This document shows positions 10,083 through 20,051 of a DNA stretch of 64,000 bases, one piece after another. This DNA is from a bacterium. Its GTDB lineage: Bacteria > Bdellovibrionota_C > UBA2361 > CALJRW01. The stretch spans positions 224,001 through 288,000 of the forward strand of contig JANNBC010000024.1 of NCBI GenBank assembly GCA_031385045.1, read 5' to 3'. Numbering within the stretch: the first letter of the stretch is position 1; each line of letters starts with the position of its first letter. The notes beneath the pieces were generated by a model, which worked only from the letters and a program-made list of their open reading frames with translations, was not told where the DNA came from and made no database searches. Made by a program: the position numbers and the translations under genes.

Positions 10083-12023
10083 TTGGCTTATCAATCAATG
10101 ACCATAGAAAAGCATTCATCGCATCCAATTATTAATGATTCTTCATTACTAAAAGTTCAATTCACGATTGATTCTGATGGCGGCACCGTAGATCTTTCTT
10201 CTAAAACAGCTTTCACATTTATTATCCGAGAAGATACATCTTATGTTCTTTCCATGCTCAATCAACGCCTACCAGAGATTCCAAAATCAAATTTGATACC
10301 AGTAGTCCAAAAAGCATATGAAATTTATTGCCAGAAACTATATGACAACTTATTGCTTGGACTTGCCCCCTTTAGGAAAGCAGGAGAAGATATTCAAGTA
10401 CATATTTTTAATGCCGAGGAACTTCGTCAAGCAATTGAAAAAAAAGCTGGAATCAATCCAGTTATCTCGTTAGATCCTTTATGTCCAGCAAAATCTCCAG
10501 TACTTAATTATCAAACATCTAGGCATTACCTATTAGGTGGGAAGGTCTCAATTGGTTCCGGCAATCGACCGGGAAGTCCATCTTTGGCTCAACAAAAAAT
10601 TCATATTAAGCAATCTTTAGATGGCAATCAACTAGCTCCGATTGGAGTTGATGATGATATTCATTCTGGAGGAACCGCTGCAAAATTTGCAGAAGCCCTA
10701 GGATTTACAAATTTTATTCCTGGATTATTTACTGGAGATCCCCAAGCAATTGCCAAACTACCAATTAAAATTGATCCCGTAGTCTCTTATAATGTTGGAC
10801 ATCATGCGGAACGTGTTGACTTAGGAGATCCACGCGACTTTCTGCTTGGAATTCCTGGCGGTGGTCTAGCGATCTTATTGCCAAGTGGAACACTTGGCAG
10901 ACTTCCTTATTTATTACCTTGTAATAGCCCAAACAAGCGTTCTTGTATTCACCGGACAGAGGAAGCTAACTTCTCGATTAAGATGCTAAAAGCTTCTTTG
11001 GAATTTTATCAGACAGTAACAGTTGAAAGTGGCATTGAGCTAAAATTAAAAAATGGTGATCCTCATTTTAGAAATGCAGTACATGAATTATTTGGCTTTA
11101 ACCACGAAACTAAAATTACAGAGGTAATTAAGTTTTTTATTAATAATTTTGATTCTCTTGTTGAAAGAATTAATAACTTCGGGAAAACATCCAACTTACT
11201 TCATCAATCTGGTTATTCTTTTGGTCAACCTTTTATTTTACTTGATGTTAATGGGACTTTAATTGAAGAAGACTCTGGAAAGATCGACTTCCTAAACCCA
11301 AGATTTGATCAGATTCGTCAACAAATTTCCCGCCTACAAGAAGCAGGCTTTTCCATTGGACTGTGCTCCGATAGCCCGCTTCCGCAATTAAATATCCTAG
11401 CCAGACAGTTAGGTATTAATGGATTAAATTTAGCTGAGAATGGCAACATTATCGGTAACGAAGCATTTAATTTTCAACTCAAGGGCCTTCAGGAGATCGA
11501 TCAGATTAAAGCTTTACTAACAAAAAAAATCAGTGTCGCATTTCCCCATGCCCAAGATCTAGAAGATATTGCCTCACCAGAATTTGGTGGACAAATCAAC
11601 TACCGCAAACATGAGTGGGCTTTTGGTTTAAATCGACAGTCAAGTATTGCAATCTTTGCCGCCTCTGAAATTTTAGTCAAAATCCCAAGATTTTTAGAAG
11701 AGATTAGACAAGAAATTGGAGTTCCAATGTCTATTGACTATAGTCCAGATTATAATTTTATTGGTGTACATGGCTCTGATTATAAGACCAGCAAGGGGCA
11801 AAGTATTCGCTGGCTAAATGAATTTACCAGTAGCCCAATTGTCATGATTGGCAACAGTATGTCAGATCATATTGACGGCTGTCGCCCTGGTGGAATGATC
11901 CAATGTGCCTTTGTCGGCGATGCTAGAATCGAAGCAAATGCTACTATTTCGGCTTCAGTTATTGCTAGGTCTCCAAACTCTAAAGGCGTAGAAGAAATCC
12001 TGAGTGGGATTAAATCCGCTTAA
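10083..12023 (+). CDS. Type I phosphoribosyltransferase-like and HAD (Cof/IIB) hydrolase fusion (start possibly ATG 10098)
   Basis: VDDDIHSGGT PRPP-binding loop; HAD motifs LDVNGTL, CSDS, AENGN, SKG and IGNSMSD. Confidence 0.7.
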   Translation: MAYQSMTIEKHSSHPIINDSSLLKVQFTIDSDGGTVDLSSKTAFTFIIREDTSYVLSMLNQRLPEIPKSNLIPVVQKAYEIYCQKLYDNLLLGLAPFRKAGEDIQVHIFNAEELRQAIEKKAGINPVISLDPLCPAKSPVLNYQTSRHYLLGGKVSIGSGNRPGSPSLAQQKIHIKQSLDGNQLAPIGVDDDIHSGGTAAKFAEALGFTNFIPGLFTGDPQAIAKLPIKIDPVVSYNVGHHAERVDLGDPRDFLLGIPGGGLAILLPSGTLGRLPYLLPCNSPNKRSCIHRTEEANFSIKMLKASLEFYQTVTVESGIELKLKNGDPHFRNAVHELFGFNHETKITEVIKFFINNFDSLVERINNFGKTSNLLHQSGYSFGQPFILLDVNGTLIEEDSGKIDFLNPRFDQIRQQISRLQEAGFSIGLCSDSPLPQLNILARQLGINGLNLAENGNIIGNEAFNFQLKGLQEIDQIKALLTKKISVAFPHAQDLEDIASPEFGGQINYRKHEWAFGLNRQSSIAIFAASEILVKIPRFLEEIRQEIGVPMSIDYSPDYNFIGVHGSDYKTSKGQSIRWLNEFTSSPIVMIGNSMSDHIDGCRPGGMIQCAFVGDARIEANATISASVIARSPNSKGVEEILSGIKSA

Positions 12024-12050
12024 TTTAGCCTTAACAATCTAGAGTAAAAT

Positions 12051-13028
12051 TTATTCTTTTACTACTAAACCCAAAAACTTAAGCATTAACTCCACGGCCT
12101 CTTGGCTACTTAAATTTCCTAGCAACTGGTATTTAATTAAATTACCATTGGCTACTAAGGAAGTCTTCCCATAACTACCAGGAGATAATTCAATTGTCAT
12201 TTTTTCTTCTACAAAACTTCCATAACCAAGTGCTGCTAAAATTGTAAAAGGATCGTTAAACTCAAAATGACGATTATTATTTAGCCCAAAAGATTTAAAA
12301 AACTTCTCCATTAATTGCAGGGTTAACTCCGCTGATTTATTCTCAGGCTTTAAAGTTAGATATTTTTCGTAGGAAATTGTTAGGTTTTTTGTTAAATCCC
12401 AAGTAGTATAATACTTTCTTAAACTAGAAGTATTAACAATATAAGCTGCTAATGGATCACAATAAATATTAAACTCAGCGATTTGGATTTTCTCTGGTCC
12501 TAGCTCTGGCCCCGTATTACCTGGTGTATAAAGTGCTCCACCCATAATATAAACATTACGGATATATTTTTGGATATCTGCACCAAGATAAATACACAGC
12601 TTAGCAAGATTAGTTAATGGGCCAGTAACAATATAATCAACTGGAGCAGACGCTTTTAGATAAGTATGAAGTTCTTGCAAAAATTCAGAATCATTAACAA
12701 ATTGATGAATTTTAATAGAATTATTCTCAGGTAAGATTAGATCACAGATTCCATTAGCTCCAACAAAATCTCCAGCACTGACTTGCTTAGTTTCAATTGG
12801 GTTCTGCGCTAATGGTATGCTACTACCTTTTAAAATTTCGATCTTAGTTGCCGCTAGTGCATGGAGCAATCTTGCCGTATTATCTGTGCTGTTTTCTATT
12901 GACGTATTTCCATGGGAGGTTATTATTCGATCTAACGGAAGATTTAAAGCAATTGCTAACTGAATTGCTAAAAAATCATCTTCTCCAGTATCTACATCTA
13001 AAATTATTTTATTAAGCTGGTCTAACAT
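12051..13028 (-). CDS. Nucleoside hydrolase (IU-NH family)
   Basis: IILDVDTGEDD Ca-binding motif, TGPLTNLA, IMGGA and AEFNIYCDP. ATG at 13028 gives MLDQLNKIILDVD, the usual N-terminus length. Confidence 0.9.
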   Translation of the reverse strand: MLDQLNKIILDVDTGEDDFLAIQLAIALNLPLDRIITSHGNTSIENSTDNTARLLHALAATKIEILKGSSIPLAQNPIETKQVSAGDFVGANGICDLILPENNSIKIHQFVNDSEFLQELHTYLKASAPVDYIVTGPLTNLAKLCIYLGADIQKYIRNVYIMGGALYTPGNTGPELGPEKIQIAEFNIYCDPLAAYIVNTSSLRKYYTTWDLTKNLTISYEKYLTLKPENKSAELTLQLMEKFFKSFGLNNNRHFEFNDPFTILAALGYGSFVEEKMTIELSPGSYGKTSLVANGNLIKYQLLGNLSSQEAVELMLKFLGLVVKE

Positions 13029-13917
13029 GGGAAAACAAAAAATAATTAACTTTGGTTCGATCAATATTGATCATGTCTACAAAGTAGCTGATTTTGTACT
13101 TCCTGGTCAAACAATCTCATGCCTTGACTATGAAATCCACCCTGGAGGCAAGGGACTAAACCAATCAATTGCACTGTCTCGGGCAGGCTTAGAGACATAT
13201 CACCTTGGTAAAATTGCAGCACAAGATCTTTGGTTAAAGGAATTACTGGCAAGTAATCAAATTAATACTAATTATTTAGATTTAACTGGATCCGTGACTG
13301 GTCATGCAATTATTCAAGTTAATAACCAAGGTGAAAATTGCATTGTGATTCATGCTGGCGCCAATCGTGAACTAACAGTCGAGCAAATTAATCAGGCACT
13401 CTTGAATCTTAACGCGAATGCCTGCTTACTCCAAAATGAAACGAATTTAATCCCAGAGATTATTAGTTTAGCAAAACAGCGAAACCTAGCTGTATTTTTT
13501 AACCCCGCTCCATTTACTAAAGTTATCCCGGAACTTCCCTTTGCTTCAATTGATTGCCTAATTCTAAATGAAACTGAAGCCTTTGAATTTTGCAAAACTG
13601 AATCAGTGAGCGAAGCCTTAAATATCTTCAAACACCAATATCCAGCTCTGCAAATTGTTCTAACTTTAGGTAAAGATGGCGCAATTTTTCAGGATGCTAA
13701 TCATTTTATTGAGCAAGCTGGGTTTCCTGTTACAGCATTAGATACTACTGCTGCTGGAGATACTTTTATTGGCTTTTTTATTGCAGAATTTCTAGCTTCT
13801 AATAATCCAGAAATAGCTTTAAAGAATGCCTGCCAGGCAGCTGCTATTTCCGTGACTAAAAACGGAGCAGCTAAATCAGTTCCAACAAAACTTGAAGTAG
13901 AAAAATTTTTTAACTAA
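13027..13917 (+). CDS. rbsK: Ribokinase
   Basis: GSINID, PGGKGLNQ, LLQNE, NPAP, NETE and DTTAAGDTF are PfkB/ribokinase motifs. Confidence 0.92.
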   Translation: MGKQKIINFGSINIDHVYKVADFVLPGQTISCLDYEIHPGGKGLNQSIALSRAGLETYHLGKIAAQDLWLKELLASNQINTNYLDLTGSVTGHAIIQVNNQGENCIVIHAGANRELTVEQINQALLNLNANACLLQNETNLIPEIISLAKQRNLAVFFNPAPFTKVIPELPFASIDCLILNETEAFEFCKTESVSEALNIFKHQYPALQIVLTLGKDGAIFQDANHFIEQAGFPVTALDTTAAGDTFIGFFIAEFLASNNPEIALKNACQAAAISVTKNGAAKSVPTKLEVEKFFN

Positions 13918-14218
13918 TTATTATAAACCCAGCGTCCTTCATTTTTTGTAAAAAACGATCCGTAGAGGGTTTACTAACTCAAATTAAGACTAAATCTCCC
14001 TAAATTAAGTAATATACTATTCAAAACTAACTTAGTTTGCCAAGTTTTAGAGGGATTTGATTATTAGTAAATTAATCCAAAATCAGCCTAATAATACACA
14101 TTAATCTAAATACTTAACTAACAGAAATAGCTCAACTATTTGGTGATTTGTTTGCTTAGAAAGGTAATAAGTAATACACTAATGCCTCCAAATTTGTAAC
14201 TAAGATTTTTTTAAATAG

Positions 14219-16279
14219 ATGTTTGTAGTAAGTAGTGGGCGCCTATCGCCATCCCTGTCAGTCAAAGACACAACCTGTACACCAGAAGAATGGAAACGAA
14301 ATCCGTTTCCTCTAAAGAATCTATTTTTAGATAAATGGGGTAACGAACGCCAAGCGGGCGATTGTGAAAGATTACAACGAGTAGTCCAGGCAACTTCTCT
14401 TTTGCCATTTGGTAGAACTTTTGTTTATGCTTCGTATGAAAACCCAACTGGAAAAGCCGGAGGCCTCTATCCTGTTGCTGAGAATCTACCTCGAGCTTTC
14501 CATAACTTAAGAGAAACCGCCATTTCTATTCCTCAACCAGATCTAATGATCCGGATTAGTCCTTATCACAAGGGAGGAAAGTCTGCTGATTTTAGAGATG
14601 CTAGAGAAACGGCACTGGCAATTGCTGAATCTAGAGCACTTGAGAACTGTGCCTATTTTGCTAAATGTGAGGCACACGAGATCCCACTTAGTGCCTGCGC
14701 GCAAGTCAGCAATCGACCTAATCAATTTGTATTTTATGTTGGTACTTGTGAAGTGCCTTTTGGAGAACCAAATCAACGACTGGAAAGACCAACTGTCACA
14801 ACACGAATTTATCGATTACTAGATATTAAAAAAGATAAGACTATTAATGATTGGTATCTACTAGAGGCCGATGGATTTTTTGAAGCTCCCAGACCTCCCT
14901 ACTCCTACCACGGCGAACATGACTCGCACTGGAAAGAGCAAAAAGATTATCTGTTTGCCTCACGCGCAATTCCTGAAGTTTTAAAAGCTCTGCAGATTAC
15001 TGAGAATATTGTTTTAATGCCCCAAGATTTTCATCTAGCGACATCAGTCTTAACAATGACGGAACAAATTGCTGGCGGATATATAAAAAGTGGGCACGCT
15101 GCTATTGGTTTGCACAATGTCTTTGACTTTGATCTCACTCCTGGTGAGTTAAGAATGGTAACAGATCGATACTCTGATCAGTATTGGCTAAATGAATGGG
15201 ACGAGCCATCTAGACATACTCACCTTTCGCGAATGATTGGACTTACCGCTTCTCCACTGATTGCAGTCAGCGAAGGATTTGGAAGAGAAATAGTTGATCG
15301 ACCTGCAAAACTACCAATTGATGATAATTTACATCATCTCATGAAACTTCATGGTGTAACAGGTGTAGCCAATGGAGTTTTTGGTAAAGTTAGAACTAGG
15401 GTTGAAATCGTAGAAGCAAGTAGGCAAGCACTGACAGGTGAATATGCACCAATCATAGATCTAAAATTGGAGGCACGTACCGGATTATTAAAGACACTAG
15501 ATAGCTTCTTGGGTCTGCAACGTAAACTGGATTTACAAGACAATGGCAATAGAGTCATTGGCCACTGGCAAGAAGAAAGAGCTGGAAACGGGATTCCAGA
15601 TCTAATCCAAGAATTACCAATCTTCTCAATGATGGGGCGTTTCGACTGGAATCAAAAAGGTCATTTATTAGCACTAAAAACTATTTCTGATCATATTCCA
15701 CAAGATCTAGATGCTCGCTTTATAATTGGAGCTGCCGGATTTCATCCAGACATACATGGACATGATATTTTCTACCAAATGCGCGAAGTTGCCTTGCGCT
15801 CGGCAGGCAAATTAATTTTCCTAACAGACTGGTTGCAAGGAGATCTTCGGGAAGATTTATTCTCTGGCTCTAGTTGGGCATTAATGCCATCACTCTATGA
15901 ACCCTTTGGAATGGTTCCCGAATGGCGTGGATCTGGCCGAAGTTCAATTGGTACTCCTGTGATTGCTCATAATACTGGGGGTCTTGGAGAACAAATTAAT
16001 GATGGACATGATGGTCTACTATTTAGTGATGATGGTAGTGATCATGAATGGAGACAGATTTTAACTGCTGGCAGTCCTTATCAAAGAATGTCGATACCAA
16101 CTTTTAACCTAATTGCTCATAATTTTGGTCGCAAGATCGAAGAAGCTGTTAGTATTTATCAAGACCCTAGTCGCTATGGGCAAATGTTAGCAAATCAACC
16201 AGTTTCACTTAGTAATAATTCTTGGTTAACAAATATTTTTGCCCTTGTTGCCGTTATCAATTGCGCCGGAAAACAATAA
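14219..16279 (+). CDS. Divergent glycogen/starch synthase-like glycosyltransferase (GT5)
   Basis: KAGGL ADP-glucose motif, DFH, GVANGV, GRFDWNQKG, MPSLYEPFG and GTPVIAHNTGGL. Confidence 0.8.
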   Translation: MFVVSSGRLSPSLSVKDTTCTPEEWKRNPFPLKNLFLDKWGNERQAGDCERLQRVVQATSLLPFGRTFVYASYENPTGKAGGLYPVAENLPRAFHNLRETAISIPQPDLMIRISPYHKGGKSADFRDARETALAIAESRALENCAYFAKCEAHEIPLSACAQVSNRPNQFVFYVGTCEVPFGEPNQRLERPTVTTRIYRLLDIKKDKTINDWYLLEADGFFEAPRPPYSYHGEHDSHWKEQKDYLFASRAIPEVLKALQITENIVLMPQDFHLATSVLTMTEQIAGGYIKSGHAAIGLHNVFDFDLTPGELRMVTDRYSDQYWLNEWDEPSRHTHLSRMIGLTASPLIAVSEGFGREIVDRPAKLPIDDNLHHLMKLHGVTGVANGVFGKVRTRVEIVEASRQALTGEYAPIIDLKLEARTGLLKTLDSFLGLQRKLDLQDNGNRVIGHWQEERAGNGIPDLIQELPIFSMMGRFDWNQKGHLLALKTISDHIPQDLDARFIIGAAGFHPDIHGHDIFYQMREVALRSAGKLIFLTDWLQGDLREDLFSGSSWALMPSLYEPFGMVPEWRGSGRSSIGTPVIAHNTGGLGEQINDGHDGLLFSDDGSDHEWRQILTAGSPYQRMSIPTFNLIAHNFGRKIEEAVSIYQDPSRYGQMLANQPVSLSNNSWLTNIFALVAVINCAGKQ

Positions 16280-16468
16280 AAATTACTAGCTACAAGATCC
16301 TCAAAGTGACAGTTTGTTTTAAGTTCGATATAGTCGCTCCCAGAAAAGATTATTTACAGTGTTTTTAAAATCTTGGCTCAATATTAAAATTTTACAGATA
16401 AGAGTGTATAAATCCAATCTGATTACTTCTCTTTTTCAGCAATTATTTTTGAAATTTACTATAAACCT

Positions 16469-16810
16469 ATGAGCGAATTACCGAATTGTCCTAAATGTAA
16501 ATCTACTTATACTTACGAAGATCAACTGATGTATATTTGTCCAGAATGCGCCAATGAATGGCTCATCGAAGCTGAGCTTATAAGTTCGGAGGAGTCCTCA
16601 GAAATAAAAGATGCTAATGGTAATCTGCTTCAAGATGGAGACACCGTAACTGTTATTAAGGATCTTAAAATCAAAGGAACTAATTCCGTTGTAAAGGTTG
16701 GTACGAAAGTAAAAAATATCCGCCTAGTTGATGGAGTTCATGATATCGATTGTAAAATCGATGGCTTTGGAGCAATGAAACTAAAATCTGAATTCGTTAA
16801 AAAGATCTAA
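16469..16810 (+). CDS. yjdM: Zinc-ribbon protein YjdM/PhnA family
   Basis: CPKC...YTYED...[29 protein letters not shown] and KLKSEFVKK. Confidence 0.93.
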   Translation: MSELPNCPKCKSTYTYEDQLMYICPECANEWLIEAELISSEESSEIKDANGNLLQDGDTVTVIKDLKIKGTNSVVKVGTKVKNIRLVDGVHDIDCKIDGFGAMKLKSEFVKKI

Positions 16811-16916
16811 ATATTTCCATCTGGAAATTAAATAAGGCTTCTAACTACAAGGAAATAAGTTGAACCAAATACGACCGAAGAAAATGAATTTTTGAACAGA
16901 ATGGGAGGGAAGGAAA

Positions 16917-16949
16917 TTGAGCTAGAAGTAATGACTACTTCTAGCTCAA
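16917..16949 (-). terminator. Intrinsic terminator of the cold-shock gene, possibly bidirectional
   Basis: Perfect 14-bp stem TTGAGCTAGAAGTA / TACTTCTAGCTCAA with a 5-nt loop, 6 nt past the csp stop, followed by a pyrimidine tract on the minus strand. Confidence 0.8.
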
Positions 16950-16955
16950 GAATAA

Positions 16956-17144
16956 TTAGGCACATTTTACGTTAACAGCGCATGGACCTTTACGTCCTTC
17001 ACCGATATCGTAACTGACTTCTTGTCCTTCAGAAATCTGCTCACTAACTTCAGAGTGATGTACAAATAAATCTTCGCCATCGTCTTGTGCAATAAAACCA
17101 AAGCCTTTTTGCTCGTCAAACCATTTTACTTTACCTTTAGCCAT
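16956..17144 (-). CDS. cspA: Cold-shock protein
   Basis: KVKWF, KGFGFI (RNP1) and LFVHHS (RNP2); AGGA upstream of the ATG. Confidence 0.95.
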   Translation of the reverse strand: MAKGKVKWFDEQKGFGFIAQDDGEDLFVHHSEVSEQISEGQEVSYDIGEGRKGPCAVNVKCA

Positions 17145-17303
17145 TTTTAATCCTATGTATAAAAAAATCTAATATATAATTATAGTGAGGCCAAAAAAGT
17201 AACTTACCTAATGGGGTTAAATTTTTCACTGGACTCACCATGTGATGTTATTTTGCCATTTAAACTTGATAATTATTCAATCTTCAATTGGACTTAGTGA
17301 TCA

Positions 17304-17370
17304 TTGATTATACTCAGGAATAGTTCATTGAAATGGGTCCACCAAACATTGAGGACTCAAGTATAATCAA
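17304..17370. repeat. Palindromic intergenic element with TATACT...AGTATA ends
   Basis: TTGATTATACT (17304-17314) is the exact reverse complement of AGTATAATCAA (17360-17370). Confidence 0.55.
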
Positions 17371-17503
17371 AGATGCTAGAATAACTTATTACAAGATGAA
17401 GATCTGGTCAAAGTTACTTCAAAAGACTAACTAGAAATGCCCTTTTAAGACTAAAACAGTAATGATAGAGGCCTGTTAGTAACATTTAAAATAAACTATA
17501 AAA

Positions 17504-18802
17504 CTATTCCATTAGACCAATTCTAACCTTTTTTGTTTTAAGTTTTACATTATTTAACTGCTTAACTAGTTTACTTACCTTAGAAAGTGGCACAGCAACA
17601 TAGGCGCAGTCTTGCTTTAACTCAATAATTCCTAATTCTGATTCTGTTAAATTTCCTTGTTTAATAAACAAACCAACTATATCCCCTTTAGAAATCTTAT
17701 CTTTTCGCCCACCAGAAATATATAATGTCTGCCACTTACTTATTTCTGGCTTCTTAGAACTATTAAGCAAATGCATCTCAATATTAGGAAGATAGTTAGG
17801 TAAATTTTCCTGAGCATTTTTTAGAAGATAAGCAGTGCCATTACTATTCATTCTAGCAGTTCTACCATTACGATGAATAAATTCGGCTTCTTTCATTGGG
17901 AGTTGATAATGCACGATAAAATCTAACTCCGGAACATCGATTCCCCGAGCTGCTAAATCTGTCGCAATTAAAAATCGTTCAGTGCCATTACGAAATTTGA
18001 TTAGCGCACGCTCTCGATCTGATTGCTCTAATCCTCCAAAAAAACAAGTATGACTAATTTTATTAAGATTTAAATATTTACTAATGACTTCAATAGTGTC
18101 TTTAAAATTACAGAAAATAATTCCGCTCCCACTAACCTGCCCTAACAATTGCAAAAGTGTATCTAATTTATCAGGAGTAGAAGCAATAATCATTTTTAAT
18201 GTTAATTGCTCTGTTACTGTAGTTAAATAATTAATCTCCTTAGGTTGCTTTAATCCAACAAAACTTGGAACAACTACGGCTTTAGTTGCTGAAGTTAAAA
18301 TCTTTTTCTGAAGTAACCCTAATGAACGAGTAATTTCTTTCATCTCCTGTTCAAATCCAACCTCTAAAGACTTATCAAATTCATCTAAAACTAAGGTTTT
18401 TATATGATTGGTTATAAAAGTTTTCTTTCTAATATGGTCCGCGATCCTTCCCGGAGTCCCGATTAAAATTGCTGGAGGACTCTTTAGTTCTAGCTTATCT
18501 TTAGAACTAGATTTGCCACCATAAACAGCATTTACTTTATAACCACTCCCCAACCCTCGGGCTACTTGTTCAATCTGAATTGCTAATTCTCTAGAAGGCA
18601 CAAGGATCAACACCTGAACTTGCTCCAAGTTGGCATCGAGCTCAGAAATAACTGGCAAAAGAAAGGCCAAAGTCTTACCAGTACCTGTTGGAGATAAAAG
18701 AACAATTTCTGAATGTTTTAAAATTGCCTCAGAAGCCTCTAGCTGCATTGGGTTAAGTTTTTGAATGCTCAGTTTATTTAATATTGCTTGCTGATCTTTC
18801 AT
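17504..18802 (-). CDS. dbpA: DEAD-box RNA helicase with DbpA RNA-binding domain
   Basis: SPTGTGKT, PSRELA, TPGR, DEFD, SAT, ARGID and HRNGRTAR; C-terminal GGRKDKISKGDI. Confidence 0.9.
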   Translation of the reverse strand: MKDQQAILNKLSIQKLNPMQLEASEAILKHSEIVLLSPTGTGKTLAFLLPVISELDANLEQVQVLILVPSRELAIQIEQVARGLGSGYKVNAVYGGKSSSKDKLELKSPPAILIGTPGRIADHIRKKTFITNHIKTLVLDEFDKSLEVGFEQEMKEITRSLGLLQKKILTSATKAVVVPSFVGLKQPKEINYLTTVTEQLTLKMIIASTPDKLDTLLQLLGQVSGSGIIFCNFKDTIEVISKYLNLNKISHTCFFGGLEQSDRERALIKFRNGTERFLIATDLAARGIDVPELDFIVHYQLPMKEAEFIHRNGRTARMNSNGTAYLLKNAQENLPNYLPNIEMHLLNSSKKPEISKWQTLYISGGRKDKISKGDIVGLFIKQGNLTESELGIIELKQDCAYVAVPLSKVSKLVKQLNNVKLKTKKVRIGLME

Positions 18803-19240
18803 TAGAAGAAGCTTTAAAGTTTAAAATTAGTAACATTGGTGCAGACTAGGATTAGTTTAATAGCATGAGTAGCAAATTACGAGAAATGATTAAAAAATAA
18901 TAAATTTTGGCTTCTGATAAATTAGCCATACAAATAACAAAAGGTAATTTGGGGAAGGAAATAAGATTGAAAATTATGGTAAATTCAAATCTTAGATTTT
19001 GATACCAGAGTCAAGTGTTTACTTCCAAAGGGTAGAGCAAAATGCCTAGATTTTAACTTACTAGCATTTAGGATGCATGTGCGACGGGCAGTTATCTATA
19101 TTTGTTAAGGCTACTTCTCCTTAGTCTTGCTTCTAGCACTTAGCACCTCACATCTTGATCATCTAATAATTTTCGTTAATTCTTAATGTTGCTTAGTAAA
19201 TCTTAGTCCTACTAGGTGAGATTCATAAATGCTAACTTTA

Positions 19241-19741
19241 CTATTGGATTTTTAAACTATTATTTAAAGTGTTTACACCAGAAAGATCCTCTATTATATC
19301 GCTAATTAGTAATTTGATAGCATCATTTGCTACTTCGCCAAATAAATTAACATTACCATTTTCCACTTCAATAGATATATTTAAATCATCAAGCTGTGGA
19401 TTTTGATCTAAACTTTTTTGAATTAAAAGATATAAAATATCATCAGATTCAGCATTAAATTCATTCTGTAATTCATCTAGTGGAATTCTATTTTTCTGAC
19501 TCCACTCGGACTCCCCCAAAACTGGCGAAGAATAATCCTCCAATTCATTACTGACCATCTTTTGAGAATTAGGAGATTCAAGATCAACATCAATCCCATA
19601 CTCTTGCTTGCCAATTTCCCCACTAGCACTTCCGCTAGACTCCGGCTGATAGCTATACTCATCCTGAGGTGGATCAAACTCGAATCCAATTTTTTTTAAG
19701 GCATTAAATTCTTCAGCTTCAATTCCAATTTTCTTCGACAT
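19241..19741 (-). CDS. BON-domain protein with acidic N-terminus
   Basis: C-terminal SDD...ISIEVENGNVNLFGEV...SGVNTLNNSL BON pattern. Confidence 0.75.
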   Translation of the reverse strand: MSKKIGIEAEEFNALKKIGFEFDPPQDEYSYQPESSGSASGEIGKQEYGIDVDLESPNSQKMVSNELEDYSSPVLGESEWSQKNRIPLDELQNEFNAESDDILYLLIQKSLDQNPQLDDLNISIEVENGNVNLFGEVANDAIKLLISDIIEDLSGVNTLNNSLKIQ

Positions 19742-20001
19742 AATCAGGGTTCCTTTATTGTTTTAGACAAATATTTTCTTAAAATTTCCTGCCAAACAAA
19801 ATTACTTTCTATCATCACTCAACAAACATAATTCTAATTTGAGTATAATTTACCTAAGATTTCATGACTAAGAAAAATTATTTATATTTATAGATTAACT
19901 ATAAGACAGAATATATTAGTCTCCTATGACTAGGATCATATAAAAGCTTAACTTTAATTTTTTCTTTACCGCAGAGTTAAGTCCTTTTAAAAACAAGTAT
20001 A

Positions 20002-20051
20002 TATACTAAGCGTCATTGAAAATTACCAAAAATACAAAGGTGCTTAGTATA
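20002..20051. repeat. 50-bp MITE-like element, copy 1 (TIR TATACTAAGC / GCTTAGTATA)
   Basis: 46/50 identical to the reverse complement of 53745-53794, with perfect 10-bp terminal inverted repeats. Confidence 0.85.

Noticed and set aside
13029..13064. Longer N-terminus for the nucleoside hydrolase (TTG 13064)
   Set aside because: It would overlap the conserved GSINID region of ribokinase; ATG 13028 gives a normal family N-terminus.
18803..19240. Possible small ORF or riboswitch in the dbpA upstream region
   Set aside because: There are only weak imperfect stems and short frames without a plausible start; no known motif was recognised.
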